A stretch of DNA of 64,000 nt from Octopus bimaculoides (taxonomy: Eukaryota). Within the stretch, counting starts at the first letter, position 1. Each line of letters opens with the position of its first letter. Position numbers and translations under genes: made by a program. The stretch covers positions 21,962,044 to 22,026,043 of the forward strand of contig NC_069006.1 of NCBI RefSeq assembly GCF_001194135.2, read 5' to 3'. Shown here piece by piece: positions 27,245-42,664 of this stretch. The notes beneath the pieces are model-generated. The model did not search any database. It saw nothing but the letters and a program-made list of their open reading frames with translations, and had not been told where the DNA came from.

Positions 27245-27352
27245 AGCTACCTGGTTACCCTGGGTTGTGGCTGGATGCATATTAATTGCATTCAGTGTTG
27301 GAGAGTTCATTTGATGACTGTTCATTGTTGGTTCTGGACTGTATGGAGATGC
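27245..27352 (-). CDS. FOXJ3: FoxJ2/3 internal exon: ASPYSPEPTMNSHQMNSPTLNAINMHPATTQGNQVA
   Basis: 108 nt, phase 0-0, open frame. Acceptor TGTTGTTATTTACAG, donor GCT|GTAAGT (alternative in-frame donor CAG|GTAGCT ends the exon at 27251). Resembles the FOXJ3 segment ASTPYS...SPTLAIN that follows the basic patch. Confidence 0.85.
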
Positions 27353-27599
27353 CTGTAAATAACAACATTAAACTTAAATAATGGGAAACAAATATAACTA
27401 AATGACATCATCAAAGTTATAAAACCACTGAAATTGGATTGGGGTTGGGTAATGACTGAAACAGTATGATCATGAATAGAAATAGCTGAGACAGGGTTCC
27501 TAACTCAGAGATCAGAAAGTCTCCAGGTCAAGCCACTACTTCTCTGCATTGAGTGGTCACAGTTCTGGTACTATGGACATGGGATTAGAATGTTGCAGG

Positions 27600-28200
27600 A
27601 AAAATTCTTCAAGCCAAGCCAACTGGCAGGCAACCTAGAGGTAAACTAAAAGCTGTGTCACTGACTAAGCCACAGTAGGGTAACAAAAATGTTGACACAT
27701 AAAGAAATAAAAGAAGAGTGCATGTAACAGTTTTTTCTGTTTTTGTAGATAGTTACATTGAGTGTTCTAAGATGTGATCAAATCGTACTGTTGTTACATG
27801 ATTTAAGCTGAGCCAACTGGTAGGAGTATGGAGATAGTTGGATCATATCCATAGTTTCAGTTGGTTATTCTTGGGAACCCAGCAAAAAAGTCTAATGACA
27901 ATTGCTTCTGAAAAGACCCTGTGGAGGAGGTGCCTAAGGACGTTATCATGAATAGTGAATGGAGAAGATGGATAGATGGATGTCCAGAGATATTGTGACA
28001 GTAGGTGGAGGGAAAAACTGACAGACTGCATTTAAAAAAAAAACAGCAAAAGAAACAAAAGATGACAACAAACAAGATGGAAGATTGAGTTGGATAAACT
28101 TGACAAAAATTGGTGAGTCAATATCCGAAACTGAAAGTTATAGAGAAGTAAAAGAAAGTCTTTACCTAGCTGTGAGAAAGAAATGGCTGATTTGATCAAG
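27600..28200 (+). mobile_element. Possible decayed RTE-like LINE fragments
   Basis: Weak similarity only (VTLSVLRCDQ; SEWRRWID; REVKESL..VRKKWL). Confidence 0.3.
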
Positions 28201-29945
28201 CAATTGATTGGAAAAAAAAAAAAAAAACACAAGGTGTGGTAGGGGAGCACTATCAAAATGTTCATAGCTGGATTAACTATATTTCAGAGACCATATTTCT
28301 TTTACGATACGTTGCCTATGTTTTGCAATTAGTTTCTGAATATAACTTTTGAGACATTTATGAAATAATTTTTCCATTAGAAGAAATGAGTTCAAACATC
28401 AATGTGTGGTTAAGAAGCTTGACTGAGCGCCAGTTATGATACACCAGTGTTTGTCCACTCCACTGCATGATAACTGGTGTCAGTTTATGTATGTCTCCAT
28501 AACTTAGCACTTCATTAAAAAAGACTGATAGAATATGTGTCAGATGTAAATATAAGAACTGGGGTAGATTTGTTTGACTAAAACCCTTCAGAGTAGTGCT
28601 CAAGTTTGAAATGGGTATCTGTGCAGTTTCACAGTTTCCATCCATCAATTATTACTCACAAGGTATTGGGTTAGTTAGGGTATATAGTAGAAGACACATG
28701 TGCAAGGCTACCACACAGTGGGACTGAAATCTCTGATTGAAAAAAAAAAGCATTGCTGAGAAGTGAAAATTTTAACTCAACAGCCATGTCTGTGCCTATC
28801 TTTTATCATTTACTTCTTTAACTCATTTTATTGCTGCCATACTTGGGTATTGCCTTGAAGGGTTTTAGCCAAGCAAATTGACCCCAGGACTTATATTTAC
28901 ATCTGATACTTATTCTGTCAGTCTCTTTTAATGAAGTATTAAGTTATGGAGACATACATAAACCAATACCAATTATCAAGCAGTGGGGCACACACACATA
29001 CATATAAAATGAGCTTCTACAAAGTTTCTGTCTTCTAAATCCACCTGCAAAACATTGGTCAACCTGAGGCTATAGTAGAAGACACCCAGGGTGCAACCCA
29101 GTGGGACTGAAACTGAAACCCCATGCTTGCAATGTAAGCTTCTTAACCACAATCATGCCTGTAGCTATCATGATTATTTTAACATCTTCATAGTTGAAAA
29201 TATATAAAATTTGCTATTTTATATTATTATTTGAACACGTGATCATAGGAACAGCAATCTAGACAGTTGACCAGTCATTTCTTCAGGAATCTATATTATA
29301 TTTAGTTGATGTCTTTATGAAACAGATTCAGATTTTTTTTTTTTACCAGACTAGGCACAAGGCCAATTTTTGTAGCTATAGGATATAATTGATTGAATCA
29401 ATCATAATATATTATTGATGATGACGTATTCTATCGATCTACACCCTCACCCTCACAGGAGGTGGGGGTGAAAAATAAAGTCAAGCTTGATGAGTTCTAA
29501 ATTCAAAAACATTATGGAATACAATTCTAGAAACTATGAAGTAGAAAGTGATACTGTTGTTGTTATTTTAGCAGACTACAACAGACTAAGTAGACAGTAT
29601 GATCATAGACATCCCAACCATGACCATCTCTTGGACTTCCATTTATTAATTTTTCCTCATTTTTAAGACAGTAGCATAAAATGTATACATGTACATGTTT
29701 TCATTTTACCAGAGTGTCAAACTAATACACTTGCTTGGTGCTAGGAGCCACCAAGAGAGATCATAGGAGTTGAAAGATGACCAGAGAAGATAAAGTTTGG
29801 TAAAAAGATGTAAAAAACATTTATAAAAACTGAATATGCTCCAACAGCATGTGTGAGTTGGCCAAACTAATCAACACTCTTCCCCACAGATTTTCACACA
29901 CATCTGATATTTCAGGTGATGCCCTTTATCACAGAGATGAAAAAA

Positions 29946-30285
29946 GTGGTGTGTGGTGGAGTGTCGTGTGGTATTGGATGTAGTGGTGTAAAGTGGTATG
30001 GCTGCATGGTGTAGTGTAGGGAGGTGTGGACATAACATGGGGTGGAGTATCATGGCAGTGCAATGTGGAGTGGGGTATGATGCACTGCAGTATTGCATGA
30101 TGGGACATGACAGGATGTGGGGTACTGTGGTAAGATCTGGTATGGCAAGGTGTCAGGCAATATGAGACGTGTGTAGTGGATGGAAGGAGTGTTTTTTTTT
30201 GGGGGGGGGTCTAGTGGTGGGGTGTGGCGATGATAATGTTTAGTGCAATGTGATGTTGAGGGCATGGTGAGTTGGGGTGGGGTGA
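29946..30285 (+). repeat. Degenerate pentanucleotide tract (TGTGG/TGTAG-like)
   Basis: Visible 5-bp periodicity, GT-rich on +. Confidence 0.7.
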
Positions 30286-30360
30286 TAATCAATGATTAAC
30301 ATGTTAAAAACAATTGAATCTGCAGGAAAAAGAAAAACAACAATTATTGGAGAGAGTGAC

Positions 30361-30392
<32 letters not shown>

Positions 30393-30632
30393 TGATTGCT
30401 TTCCATTGTGGATGGTTCATAGAAAAATAGTTTCATTGTTTCTAAGATGTAATAGAATACAGACCGGAAGTTATTGGAAAAAAATATGAAAATGATATCA
30501 AAAGGGAAAAATAAATAATTAACTTAACATACACACACAGAAAACCATGATCGTATATGCTTACATAATGTGCATAAGAACGTGTATGTGCGCATGCATA
30601 TCCAAATATATGCATGTGTATGTTTGTGCGTG

Positions 30633-30706
<74 letters not shown>

Positions 30707-30722
30707 TACACANNNNNNNNNN

Positions 30723-30758
<36 letters not shown>

Positions 30759-31239
30759 TACACATATATATATACATTTATACATATTTATGTATGCATA
30801 TATAAATATACATATTTATGTATGAATATACATATATATAGATATGTACACACACACACACACATATATATATACACGATATATATGCATGCATATATAT
30901 AAATATATATGATATACACACACATATATATATATATATATATGCATAAATGTGTTTCATGCCAGCATGGAAAATGGATGTTAAAAGATGATGACGATAC
31001 ATATATGTTTATACACACACCCATATATGATATATATATATATATATACACACACATGCACAAGCACATACGTTACACACACACACACACACACACGCAT
31101 ACATTCAGACTCACATCATACATAAAATACTAACTTACTGACACACAAATACAAACATAAAAGTATCAAACTGATGAACTCAATGAAAGATGAGATTGAA
31201 TAATGAAATAAAACTGTAACTAAATAAATATATTGTGTA

Positions 31240-31285
<46 letters not shown>

Positions 31286-31811
31286 GGGGTAGGGTACACT
31301 GCTGATTTAAGAAGTACCAACCAGTGGAAGACAGGACAACTTCTTGAAGACAATGTACATTATGCTGATTGCATTACTTGACAGGAACAAAACAACACAT
31401 GACAGATTTAGGAGTAAATCCATATTGGTGGTGGTGGTGGGTGTCGTTTTCGTGCTTTCTTTCTTTCTTTCTTTTTTTACTTCTTTGTCTTAACAACAGA
31501 GACAAACTTCTTACTTCCGTTTTTGACAAAACAAGCGAAATGAAGGTTTTAAAAAAATGAACAAACTAATAATAATAATGATGATGATGAGCTGGATGAT
31601 TATGACAGTAGTAATAATAATGATGATACTACCACTAACAACAACAACAACAACATCATTAATGATGATGATAATTTTATTACATGCAGCAGAAAGAATG
31701 CATGAGAATTATAATTGATTTTTTTATCCACATTATTATTAATTTTATTATGATTAGTATTATTATTAAATAATTAATTAAATAATTAATTAAACCTTGT
31801 GAATTACAAAG

Positions 31812-31853
<42 letters not shown>

Positions 31854-34800
31854 TATGTAGTTGAAATTTTTTGAAAATCTTGACAAATAAGGGTAAAAAC
31901 GTATAAAATTCGTGCTTTTGGTTTTAAAAATGAATCTTTTTCAGCTTGCTTCAGATTTTTCAAATTATGAAGAAAATATTTCATTGTGAGGAAGAAGAGG
32001 AGGAGGGGAGAAGAAGTAAAAAGGAAAAGAGTGCATAAAAATGAAGAAATCATGACATCACTTTTAAATATTTTATATGTAAGATATTAAAATGAAAAAT
32101 CTATAAATATAGAAAATATGATTTTTACAATTTGCTGCCTACAAAAATTAATTAATTTCTCTACTCATTCATTTAGACAGTTACATCATTTCTCTCTCTC
32201 TTTCATATACACACCCATATACCAATGCATGTTCTTTCTCTCTCTCTCATATACACACCCATATATTAACACATGCTTGCTCTCTCTCTCTCACATGCGC
32301 ACAGACAGACACATTCTCTTTCTGTATGTTTGCATTTGTTTGCCTTCACCAGTTGACAATTGGTGTTAGTTTGTTTACAGCCTCATAAAATTAGTAGTTC
32401 AGCAAAAAAGGCTGATAGAATTAGCATCAGACTTTAAAAAAAATTCTAAATACTGAGGTTGTTTTGTTTGACTAAACTCTTCAACCATGAAATTGCGGCT
32501 TTGATTCCCAGACCAGGCAGTGTGTTGCGTTCTTGAGCAAAATACTTCATTTCATGTTACTCTGCAATCAGTTCAACATCTGACATGTGGCACACTGTGC
32601 ACCATTATATAGGCAATGTTGATTTGATGGAGGGAGTGAACTAATGTACATCACTAACATTTGATCACTATAAACAAACCACTTGTGCAGTTTGTTCAGC
32701 AAAAGAAATTGCAGAGCTCCCATCTGTCATCTACCACAGGAGAGACCACAATACATATGTGTGTGTGTGTGTGCATAAGTGTGTTTGTATATCGACAGTC
32801 TTCCTCATAAAGGTCAGTAAGATACTCCCAATAAAAGGTCAGTTTTTAGTACCAGTAGCCAACAATCAAGTCTCTTCCTGGTGCTTTTATGCTTACCTAC
32901 TTACCTATCCTGAAGATTTTGTTTTACAGTCTCAAAGATATCATCAATCACAAGTGTGTATTTTCAGTGTAAAGGAGGGAAAATACTTCATTCAGATTTC
33001 TTCTCAATACGTTGCATCCTTGTTAAATTCCATTTTCTCATTCTATATTTCCCACCAGAGAAGTTGCCTCAATATTTTTAGAGACTACCTCTTCATCTTT
33101 TAATAAGCTACAGACCAATTTTGACAAGATTACTTGTTAATCTTTTTTTACTATTCTGATGGTCAAATTTCTCAGATAGCTCCATGGTTGTCAATTTATG
33201 AAATCTTTTGGGCATTAAGAAGGGCATCCAGTCGTGGAAACCATGTCACAACAGACAACTGGAAAGTGGATGTTAATTGATGATGATGATGATGATGATG
33301 ATGATGCTCTTGCAGGTATTGTTGTGTGATTAAGAAGCTTGTGGTCTCGGATTCAATCTCATGGTGCGGTACCTTGGGTAAGTGTCTTCTGGGATTGTCC
33401 TGGGCAAGACAAAGCCTTATGAGCAAATTCGATAGACAAAAACTGAAAAACACCCCATCATATCTATGACAGTGTGTGAGTGAGAGTGTCTGCATGTGCG
33501 TGTGTGTGTGTGTACCCTTGTCTTGACATCATGTGATGTCTGTAAACAAGTATCACCATCATACAAGTAAAGTTGTTCATTTCCAGTCTTCTGTGAAAAA
33601 ACATTTGGCCATGGGTAAATATTACCTTGCTTGGTGATAGAAAGGACATCAGGCCATAGGAAATCTGCCTCAACAAATTTTGTTTGACTCATGCTATGCA
33701 AGCATGGAAAAGTGGATGTTAAATGATGATCTTCCTCTATTATCTCCAAATACTTTTGTCTATTTTTCAATGTTTTTGCAGTAAACATGTAGCTATTTGT
33801 TCATGTCTGATAAGTAATGCCATATAAACTGATAGTCTTACTGCAGATCAATAGTCTTTTTCTCTCCTGTTCCAAATCCAAAAGACAGCGTGCTAATGAT
33901 TCTGCCACCTTGCTGCCTTAATAATATCAATAATAATAATAATAATAATAATAATGATAATAATAAATGTGCTGTTATTGAACTGTGGAGAGGGTGAAAA
34001 GTAGACAGCAGTGAAGTACAATTTCCAGACAATGAGTGTAGAAGTGAACAGAATTAGGCCAGATGTTGAACATCAAGATGAAGAAAAAAGATTTCTTATG
34101 AATATAACAGTAGAGAGAAAAAGCTATGTTGATCCAAGCTTAATGGAGCAGCTATAGAGCCTCAAAAGCGTGTTACCTTTTGGGATTGGTGCACTTGGGA
34201 TCATTTGAAACAAAAGAATATTCTGGTATGGAAAGCTGCAGATGTCAAACTTTACAGGATGTACATAGTTGGCAACAATATTTGAATGAGTATGAGTTCA
34301 GAAAAGTGCTGCATCTGTAAGTGGTTAGAAGGAGCTGAGATGTGACACAGATAACTCAGTAGAAAGCATTTTGTCCAATACACTAATGATTCAGCCAGGA
34401 CACCACCATTTCATAAATAATACACCTTAATTACTTATATTTTGAGCTTTTCTACTTATACTTTTTATCCTGACAGCTGCTGTGGTCACTGACAGCTAAA
34501 TGTGGTTAGTCTGCTTTACCACAAGGTAACCTAGTGGGAGTTGGTGTATGCTCTGTTGTCACACAGGCTGTAGGAACGTATTTCGGGAATGTGTTCATGT
34601 GCTGTTATTTGCCTCCTGTTTTCACTTGTGAGAGTAAAATTACAGCAATTAACCCTCTTCTTATATTCAAATGTTGCCTATTGGTATAATTCTTTTGTCA
34701 TGAAATAATTTAGCTGAGTGTGAAGTTTGTCTCATATTTTCATCCCATTCATATAACTAACTGAGGCATCATTATTTCTGGGCCATTTATAGCAATTACA

Positions 34801-35682
34801 TGTCATTATTGAGTTCATAACTCCAAGAAAAGAAAAATGTACTTTATAATTTTGCTTTCTCCTACAACTTGTCAGATTCTGCTTAGCTTTTTTTTTTCAT
34901 CCTACATTATTTTTCTCTGATGTTGTTGTCATGTCCAGACATATTGTTTGTAGTACTTCTCTGCATGATGAATTCAGGTTTAAGGCAAATATTGCTACAG
35001 TTTCGAATAAAAGATTACTTCAATGAATAGTAATAGAAGAACAACCAGTTATTTAACATGGTTTATAGTTGTAGCATTTATGTTGAAGATGGTATTCATC
35101 ATAAATACAATGAATAGTCTCCCACGCTGAACAAACAGCTGCAGAAAAAGATGTTTTGAGGTGTACTTAGCAAATTTGAATCAATAAAACTGTGGTTATC
35201 AGAGATGCATTGGTGTAGAAGAAATTTGGTTGCATTATATATGTGTATTTGTACATGCATATATACATATATTTAACATGTAGGTCATATGTAAAACCAT
35301 AGGTATCACTCACAAGCAAGTATGAGTTGGTAGTATGTACTATGCTTTTGCTAATTGTTTTAGGTGTTTATGAGAAGACATAGACATGCTTTCATTTCTC
35401 CTATCCTGGATCCAATGGAACATCAAAAATAACTGAAAGGAGAGAGAGTTGCACCATCACTAAGCTGATACTCACTTACACCTGAACATACCAGTGTCAT
35501 GTGAAATGAAATGTCTTGGTCAAGGACCCAACACACCACCCAATTCACAAATCAAATCCATGATCCTATGATCCCAAGCACAACACCCTAACCAATGGAC
35601 CAAGTGCCTTCACTTACATGTGTGTGTAAGCATGTATGTCTGTGTGTACATGTGAAAAGTGCTCATATTTTATATATATATG

Positions 35683-35716
<34 letters not shown>

Positions 35717-35936
35717 AAATGAGTTAAATAAACAGATAGACACTTTACCCTGATGACATGGTCCTCAGTAAAGATATCAGAGAGTAAGTTCAAATTATTT
35801 GAGTGCTACTTTAGAGATCCAATAGCAGTAGAATCAACAAAAAAAGTACTATATATATAAAATGTTCTAACAGGGCATTCATGTTGAGCAGGATATAAAG
35901 ATTACCTTTTGGTGTTAATACTGCTTCCAGTGTGTG

Positions 35937-35979
<43 letters not shown>

Positions 35980-38241
35980 AGATGTATGTCTTTGTCTTAT
36001 GGCTTTCAAGTGCTTGACAACTAGTGTTTGTTTGTTTATGTCCATGTTACTTATTGGTTCAGCAACGGACGGCCGATGGAATAAGTACTAAATTCAAAAA
36101 TAAGTATTTGTTAGACTAAAACCTACAAGGCAGAGCCGCCCCAGCTTATATATTTTTGTTGCAACATTTACATGTTCACATTAACTATCAAACAGAGTGG
36201 TTCCAAATTCTTTTGTGCATATACACACTTTCATTCCAAAATGTCATCATCATCATCATACTTCCAATGCCACCACCACCACTATTATTCCTTATTATCA
36301 TCATTACATAATCAACATCATTATCTATTGAACACTTTGTGGCCTTAGTCTGTCCCTATGTATCGATTTCATAAAATAAAGATGTAAACTTTCTTTTTGT
36401 TTACGTAATATCTTGTGTTTGTCTGATAGTTAAATTTAAATATTATCCTACTTTTACTCATCAGTCACAAACAAACATTTTTATGGTCATTCAAAAACTG
36501 TTTTTTTTTCTTTTTTATCAAATCATTTGTAACCAGCCAACTTTTTTTCAGAAGTTGTGTTTTACAATAACCGGTAATGTTTGATGTTTTGGTTATCATA
36601 TTTAATCGCTATTTGTTGGAAATGAAAGCCTAATCCTGACCATTAGGTTCCAGTATGCCCTGCTTGGATATTTTGAAGATGTTGCTTTATTTTTTTGTTA
36701 AAAGCTTCATTTTAAACCACATTAAGAAAACAAGGGTGGAGGTGGTGACACATTAGATCATTGTTTCACATTAGGAGTTTAAGGATGGGCTGTGAAGATT
36801 GATAAGGGGTGGACAGACAGTCATGTTTAATGCCATTAAGATAGGTTCTTTAAACTTCTCCAACACTATGTGAAGAAGGAAGAATTTTATGGATGCAAGC
36901 TGTACTGTATTGTATTTTAGGAAGGTCGTTATGTCAATAATAAACACACTCACAGATCCCGTGTGGGAAGAAGACTGCTTCCCGACCACATGGTTCCAGG
37001 TTCAGTCCCATTGTGTGACTCCTTGGGCAAGTGCCTTGTGTTATTGTCTAGTGCTGATCATCTTTAACATCTGCTTTCCATGCTGGCATGGGTTGGCTGG
37101 TTTGACTGAAAACTGGTAAGCTGAGGAGCTGTATCGGGTTTCAACGAAACTGAAAAAAGCCTAATGTATGTGTGTGTGTCTCCACCACCACTTGACAACT
37201 GGTGTTGGTTTGTTTATGTCCCTGTAACTTTTAATCTTTTTGTTTTAAACAGAACCAGCACTGATCTAAATAAATCTACATTTTACTGCCTCAGAAAACA
37301 CCGCATCTTTAAAACTATCTCTAAACAATTCTCAAATTCCTAAACACCCACCAAAGAGTCTGTCTATCTGGCTCCCTTTCCTCAGCAAAAATGAAACACA
37401 AAAGCCCTACTTTCTGTTAGTTTACACTTCAGAAAAATTTAACGTATGAAATGAGGTGGAATAATGAGCTGCGCTAATAATAGTAATAATAATAATAATA
37501 ATAATGATGATGATGAATAACTTTACAAAAAATAAAAAAATAAAGACCCTCAAAACTCCACTCTTACTTCTATCTCTTTCTCTCTCTCTAACAAAGAAAA
37601 GCGAAAAAGGGAAAGAAAATGCTATGAAGTCAGGTCTCATTTTGAAGCATCAATCAAAAGGGAGGCGGATGCAGTAGGGCAGACTGAGTGGAAGAGGAAA
37701 GAGGAACTGAAGCAAAGATACCAGAAAAATTGCAGATATTGTTTATAGTTAAAGTTCATTATTGAAGAGTAAAGCAATGGTTGGATGCAATTGTTTTGAA
37801 TCTGTGCAACCCACTTGATCCTTGGCGAAGAATTTAGCAGTATTCACTAGGATGGAGTTGGCAAACAATAGATGCTGAGTGGGATAAGAAATCAATGTGA
37901 AACAGCAGCAAATGAATGTGTGTGTGTGTGTGTGTGTGTATGCATATAAACATCTAACTGTATGTGTACATGTATGCAAATATATATATATGCATAAAGA
38001 TATATATAGTTATAAGCATAAATGTATATGTGTGTTTACGCATACACACACATATATATATACTCACAGACAGTCAGATGTACATATGTGCCCATGTATG
38101 CATTTTGAATTTAGGTATTTATACAAAGATGTATACATTTGTAATTTGCTGTTTATAAATGTATAACATTTATGTAAGTTTGTTTACATACACATAAGTA
38201 TATTCATATTATATGAGTATGTGTGTGCCTGTGTATGTATG

Positions 38242-38275
<34 letters not shown>

Positions 38276-38358
38276 AATGTAAATAGAATAGGACTAATGA
38301 AGAGGCTAGATAGAAGAGATAAACATAAAGAGGAGCATGATGGAAACTGGGAGAGAGG

Positions 38359-38437
<79 letters not shown>

Positions 38438-39254
38438 GGGGAGAAAGGGTAACAGCAGAGAGAAGATCTAAGGAACCACAGAAAGAAGTCAGTCAGACTG
38501 AACTAAATATTCTTCCTTTTATGAGAATTAAGTTTTGTAACAAATAACAGTTGTTAAAATGTGTTGTTGTTGTTGTTATTGTTGCTGTTGTTACTGCAGT
38601 AGTAATAGTGATGGTGGTGGTAGTAGTAGTAGTAGTAGTGATACTAGTAGTAGCTGTGGTGGTGGTTGGAGCAGAAGTTGTCGTAGTAGTAGCAGCAGCC
38701 GTGGTGGTTGTAGAAGTAGTAGCAGTAACAATATTGGTAGTAATACTAATAATAATAGTGGTATTATAGAAGAAACCAGCATCATCATCAACGTCGTCAT
38801 CATCATAATCATTATTATTGGTAGTAGTAGGTGGTGTTGTTGTTGTTGTTGAATGTAACCAATTCACCAGAAACCGTTATCGACTGCTGACATATTGGTT
38901 AACACCCATTTCTGATAGCAACAATAGTGACTAACCAACTGGCTACATATATTCTCACCTCCCCTTTTAAACATACACACATAAATGCATACATAAATAT
39001 AAACTAGATATCAAGTATATAGAACATCAAATCAGTAAACAACTAAAACAAATTTCTTCATTGGATTTTCTTTTCTTTTGTTATTCACAACCTGATATTG
39101 TCTAATTGTCATTGACAGAAAACTAGGTAGAACTTATATAAACCCCCGGAAACTGTATATTGTATTCAGAGATCCTGCTATACATTCATATATACATGCA
39201 TACATGCCTGCAGTCACACATATGCACATAAATACATACACACATGTATCGTCA

Positions 39255-39640
39255 ACATCGTTTAATGTCCACTTTCCATGCTGGTATGGGCTGGACGGTT
39301 TGACTGAGGGCTGGCAAGCCAGAAGGCTGCACCAGGCTCCAATCTGATCTGGCAAAGTTTCTACAGCTGGATGCCCTTCCTAACGCCAACCACTCCAAGA
39401 GTGTAGTGGGTGCTTTTATGTCCCACCGGCACAAGGGCCATTCAGGTGGTACTGGCATCGACCATGCTCAAATGGTGCTTTTTATGTGCCACTTGCACAG
39501 GAGCCAGTCCGACAGCACTGACAACAACCATGCTCGAATGGTGCTTTTAACATTCCACTGGCACGGGTGCCAATCAGGCGGTACTGTCATTGGCCATGAC
39601 AATGATTTCACTTGCCAGCATAGTTTATTATCCAATGATT
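39255..39640 (-). mobile_element. SINE family B ((ATC)n-tailed) with internal 65-66 bp tandem units
   Basis: TTTAATGTCCACTTTCCATGCTGG...CTACAGCTGGATGCCCTTCC core. Units start at 39409, 39474 and 39540. Related copies at 12870-13120, 14696-14838, 26635-26840, 33200-33730, 40815-41180 and 50985-51250. Confidence 0.75.
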
Positions 39641-41196
39641 GAAGGGAACTCTTAAATGGGCTGGTTATGCAGGTTTTTCTCAGCTTCACCTCATTTTCAA
39701 GTGAAGGGCTAGAGACAGCCTCATGACAAATACATTCTACAATCTTCTGAACTTTACATTCATTGATTTTTGCTATTGCAAGTTAGCACTGGCTTCCTTA
39801 GGTTACAAAATTTCTGTTAACTTAAGGATATATTTCAGGCCTTCATAATGAAGCAATAAATATTCTGTTGCCAATACTGGAACTTTGTATGCAGGACTTG
39901 GAGTGAAATTCTTGGTAGCTTAGTGAATCTGCTGCTAAAAATTTGGTAACTTATCACCAGGTCAACAAAGGATATGCATGTATACAGCTATTGCTGAATT
40001 ATAGTAATACAATATTGCGATTATTTATGTAACATTCAGCAATGAACAACTGATGATGCGTTGAAACAATTATAGTAACTTGTAATAAGGCCAGTCCAAT
40101 CTATCTTCTTGGATTAATATTTGTCTCTACCTTACTCAGAAACAGGTGAGGGTTGTTGATAGGAAGGGCATCCAGCTTCAAAAAACCTGCCTCAATCAAT
40201 TCCTTCCAGTCCATGCAAGCATACAGAAGTGTATGCTAAAATGATGGTGATGATGATGATTATAATGATTTTGTAATCTAAATTTTTTATCATACATTTA
40301 AAATTAAGAGGTATAAACAAAAATTGAAAAAGAGGGAAATAAGCAGCAGCAGTAGTAGCAACATCAGAAGCAGAGGTTAATGTATTTAATGCACAAAATC
40401 TTTTTGCAATTGAGAAAAGTCAATAAAATGAAATAATGTAAATTAAAACAAAGATTATTGCCCTGAAACTAATTCTATTCAGCACTATTATATCGTTATA
40501 TTAATTATGGCAATTAATTGATAATCATAAATTTAGTTGATTGTTAAAATGATAAATGAATCGCTATTAACATTCTAATATGTTTTTAGTCCTGGTTTGG
40601 CTTGGGTCCATGGTTGTGTGATTGAGAAGTTCTCTCCATGACCAAGAGATTCTAGGAACAGTTTCACTGTATAGCATCCTGGGTAAGTATCTTCTGCTAT
40701 AGCCCTGGGCCAACAAACCCCATCTGAGTGAATTTGGTAGTTGGAACCGCAGAAAGCCTGTTTTTTTTTGTGTATGTATATACATACCTATGTGCATATA
40801 TGTATGTATTCACCTGCATGCATATATATATAGCCAAGTGAGACCAAAATCCAAGGCCTCTGCCAGGGATGCAGCCAGCCCACTTATGTGTACCATTCCT
40901 TCATTGGACACTAAACTCCGCTTGTGAAGACCCGTTGAGGCAAGTGAAATCGAAATCAAACTAAATTTGACGACTGGCACCCATGCCAACATCTCTTTCA
41001 CTGAACACTAAACTTGGCTTGCGAAGACCTGTTGGGGCAAGCGAAAGCGAAATTGTGATGGCACCTGTACCTGTGGAGGACTAAGAGCACTGTCCGAGCG
41101 TGATCGTTGCCAGAGCAGCTGTTTGGTTTCCATGCCAGTGGCATGTAAATAGCACCATTTGAGCGTGATCGTTACCAACGTCGCCTCCCTGGCACT

Positions 41197-41229
<33 letters not shown>

Positions 41230-42124
41230 TCACATATATAAATTATAAACTCTACATGTATTGAGCACATTTTTCTCATTCATTTGACATTAAGCATTAT
41301 ATGTACACACACACACACACACACACATACATATATATATACACACACATATACAAGTTATAAATATATATATGTAAATAACTTACTTTAATAATATATA
41401 TATATATATGTATATATATTTTATATATACATAGTAGTATAAAACATTATAATAATTCACATATATATATATACACACGCATCATTGTATTCTTTTATTG
41501 TTTTATGTTGTTGTCTCCTTGGGCAACACAGAAATCTAATGTTTCGAATAATTTTATGATGTTTGTATGTATATTTAAATTGATGTCATGTGAAAATTTT
41601 TCACTGTGGCAAAATATATAAATAAAAAACAATTATGTACACAGTAATTTCCTGTGTGCATACAAATCTGAAAATAATAATTTCAACCTGTATCTCATAT
41701 TTAGGGAGAAGACATAACTGTAGGTGAGGGTTTCGGAAAGCAGGTGTCATTACATTGTATGGAACACATATGTACAAATGTGTGGTTATGTTTGCTAACA
41801 ACCACATGGTTCTGGGTTCAATCCCTATATGGAATACTTTGGCAAAGTGTATTTTACCATAACCATAAATTTTAATAGATTTAAACTCTAACACACACAC
41901 ATGCCCATATCTCTTCAAAAATCAAAGTTAAAGAGGATAACTATGGACAACTGCTTGAAAACCTTTAGCTTCTGTACCCAGATTATAAATTCACGTTTAT
42001 ACCAATGGAATTGATACACATGGTTATGTTAATAAATTCCTAAGTGACAATCTGGATAAGCCAGGGTTTTCAGAAAAAAACATTCAACCAGCTAACACAC
42101 ACATTACAAATACAATCTATGTGT

Positions 42125-42162
<38 letters not shown>

Positions 42163-42414
42163 ACACACACACACACACACATTATTTTATTTGCCTTAGT
42201 AATTTGGACCACAGTAATGCTGGGATACTCTTAGTCAATCAAACTTATCCAGGTACTTAATCCGTCAAGCTTTTCATTTACCAGTCTGCTACCTGATAGG
42301 GATATAAATGAACTTACACTGGGTGTCAAGTGTGTGGGGTGGATGTGCGAGAAAACACACAGGTACATATACATATGTATGCACATACCTACACACATGT
42401 ATGTTGTGCACACA

Positions 42415-42491
<77 letters not shown>

Positions 42492-42664
42492 TCATCATCA
42501 TCATCATCGTTTAACGTCCGCTTTCCATGCTAGCATGGGTTGGACGATTTGACTGAGGACTGGTGAAACCGGATGGCAACACCATATATATAAAATAATA
42601 CAAAGAATATATATACATGTATACACACATATATGTACATACTTACATCTACATGTGTATATAT

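Noticed and set aside
36640-36670. AYW string on the minus strand as a duplicated forkhead exon
   Set aside because: No acceptor and no further similarity.
40050-40085. CTGATGA...GAAAC...GTA hammerhead-like string
   Set aside because: Stem II and stem I cannot form.
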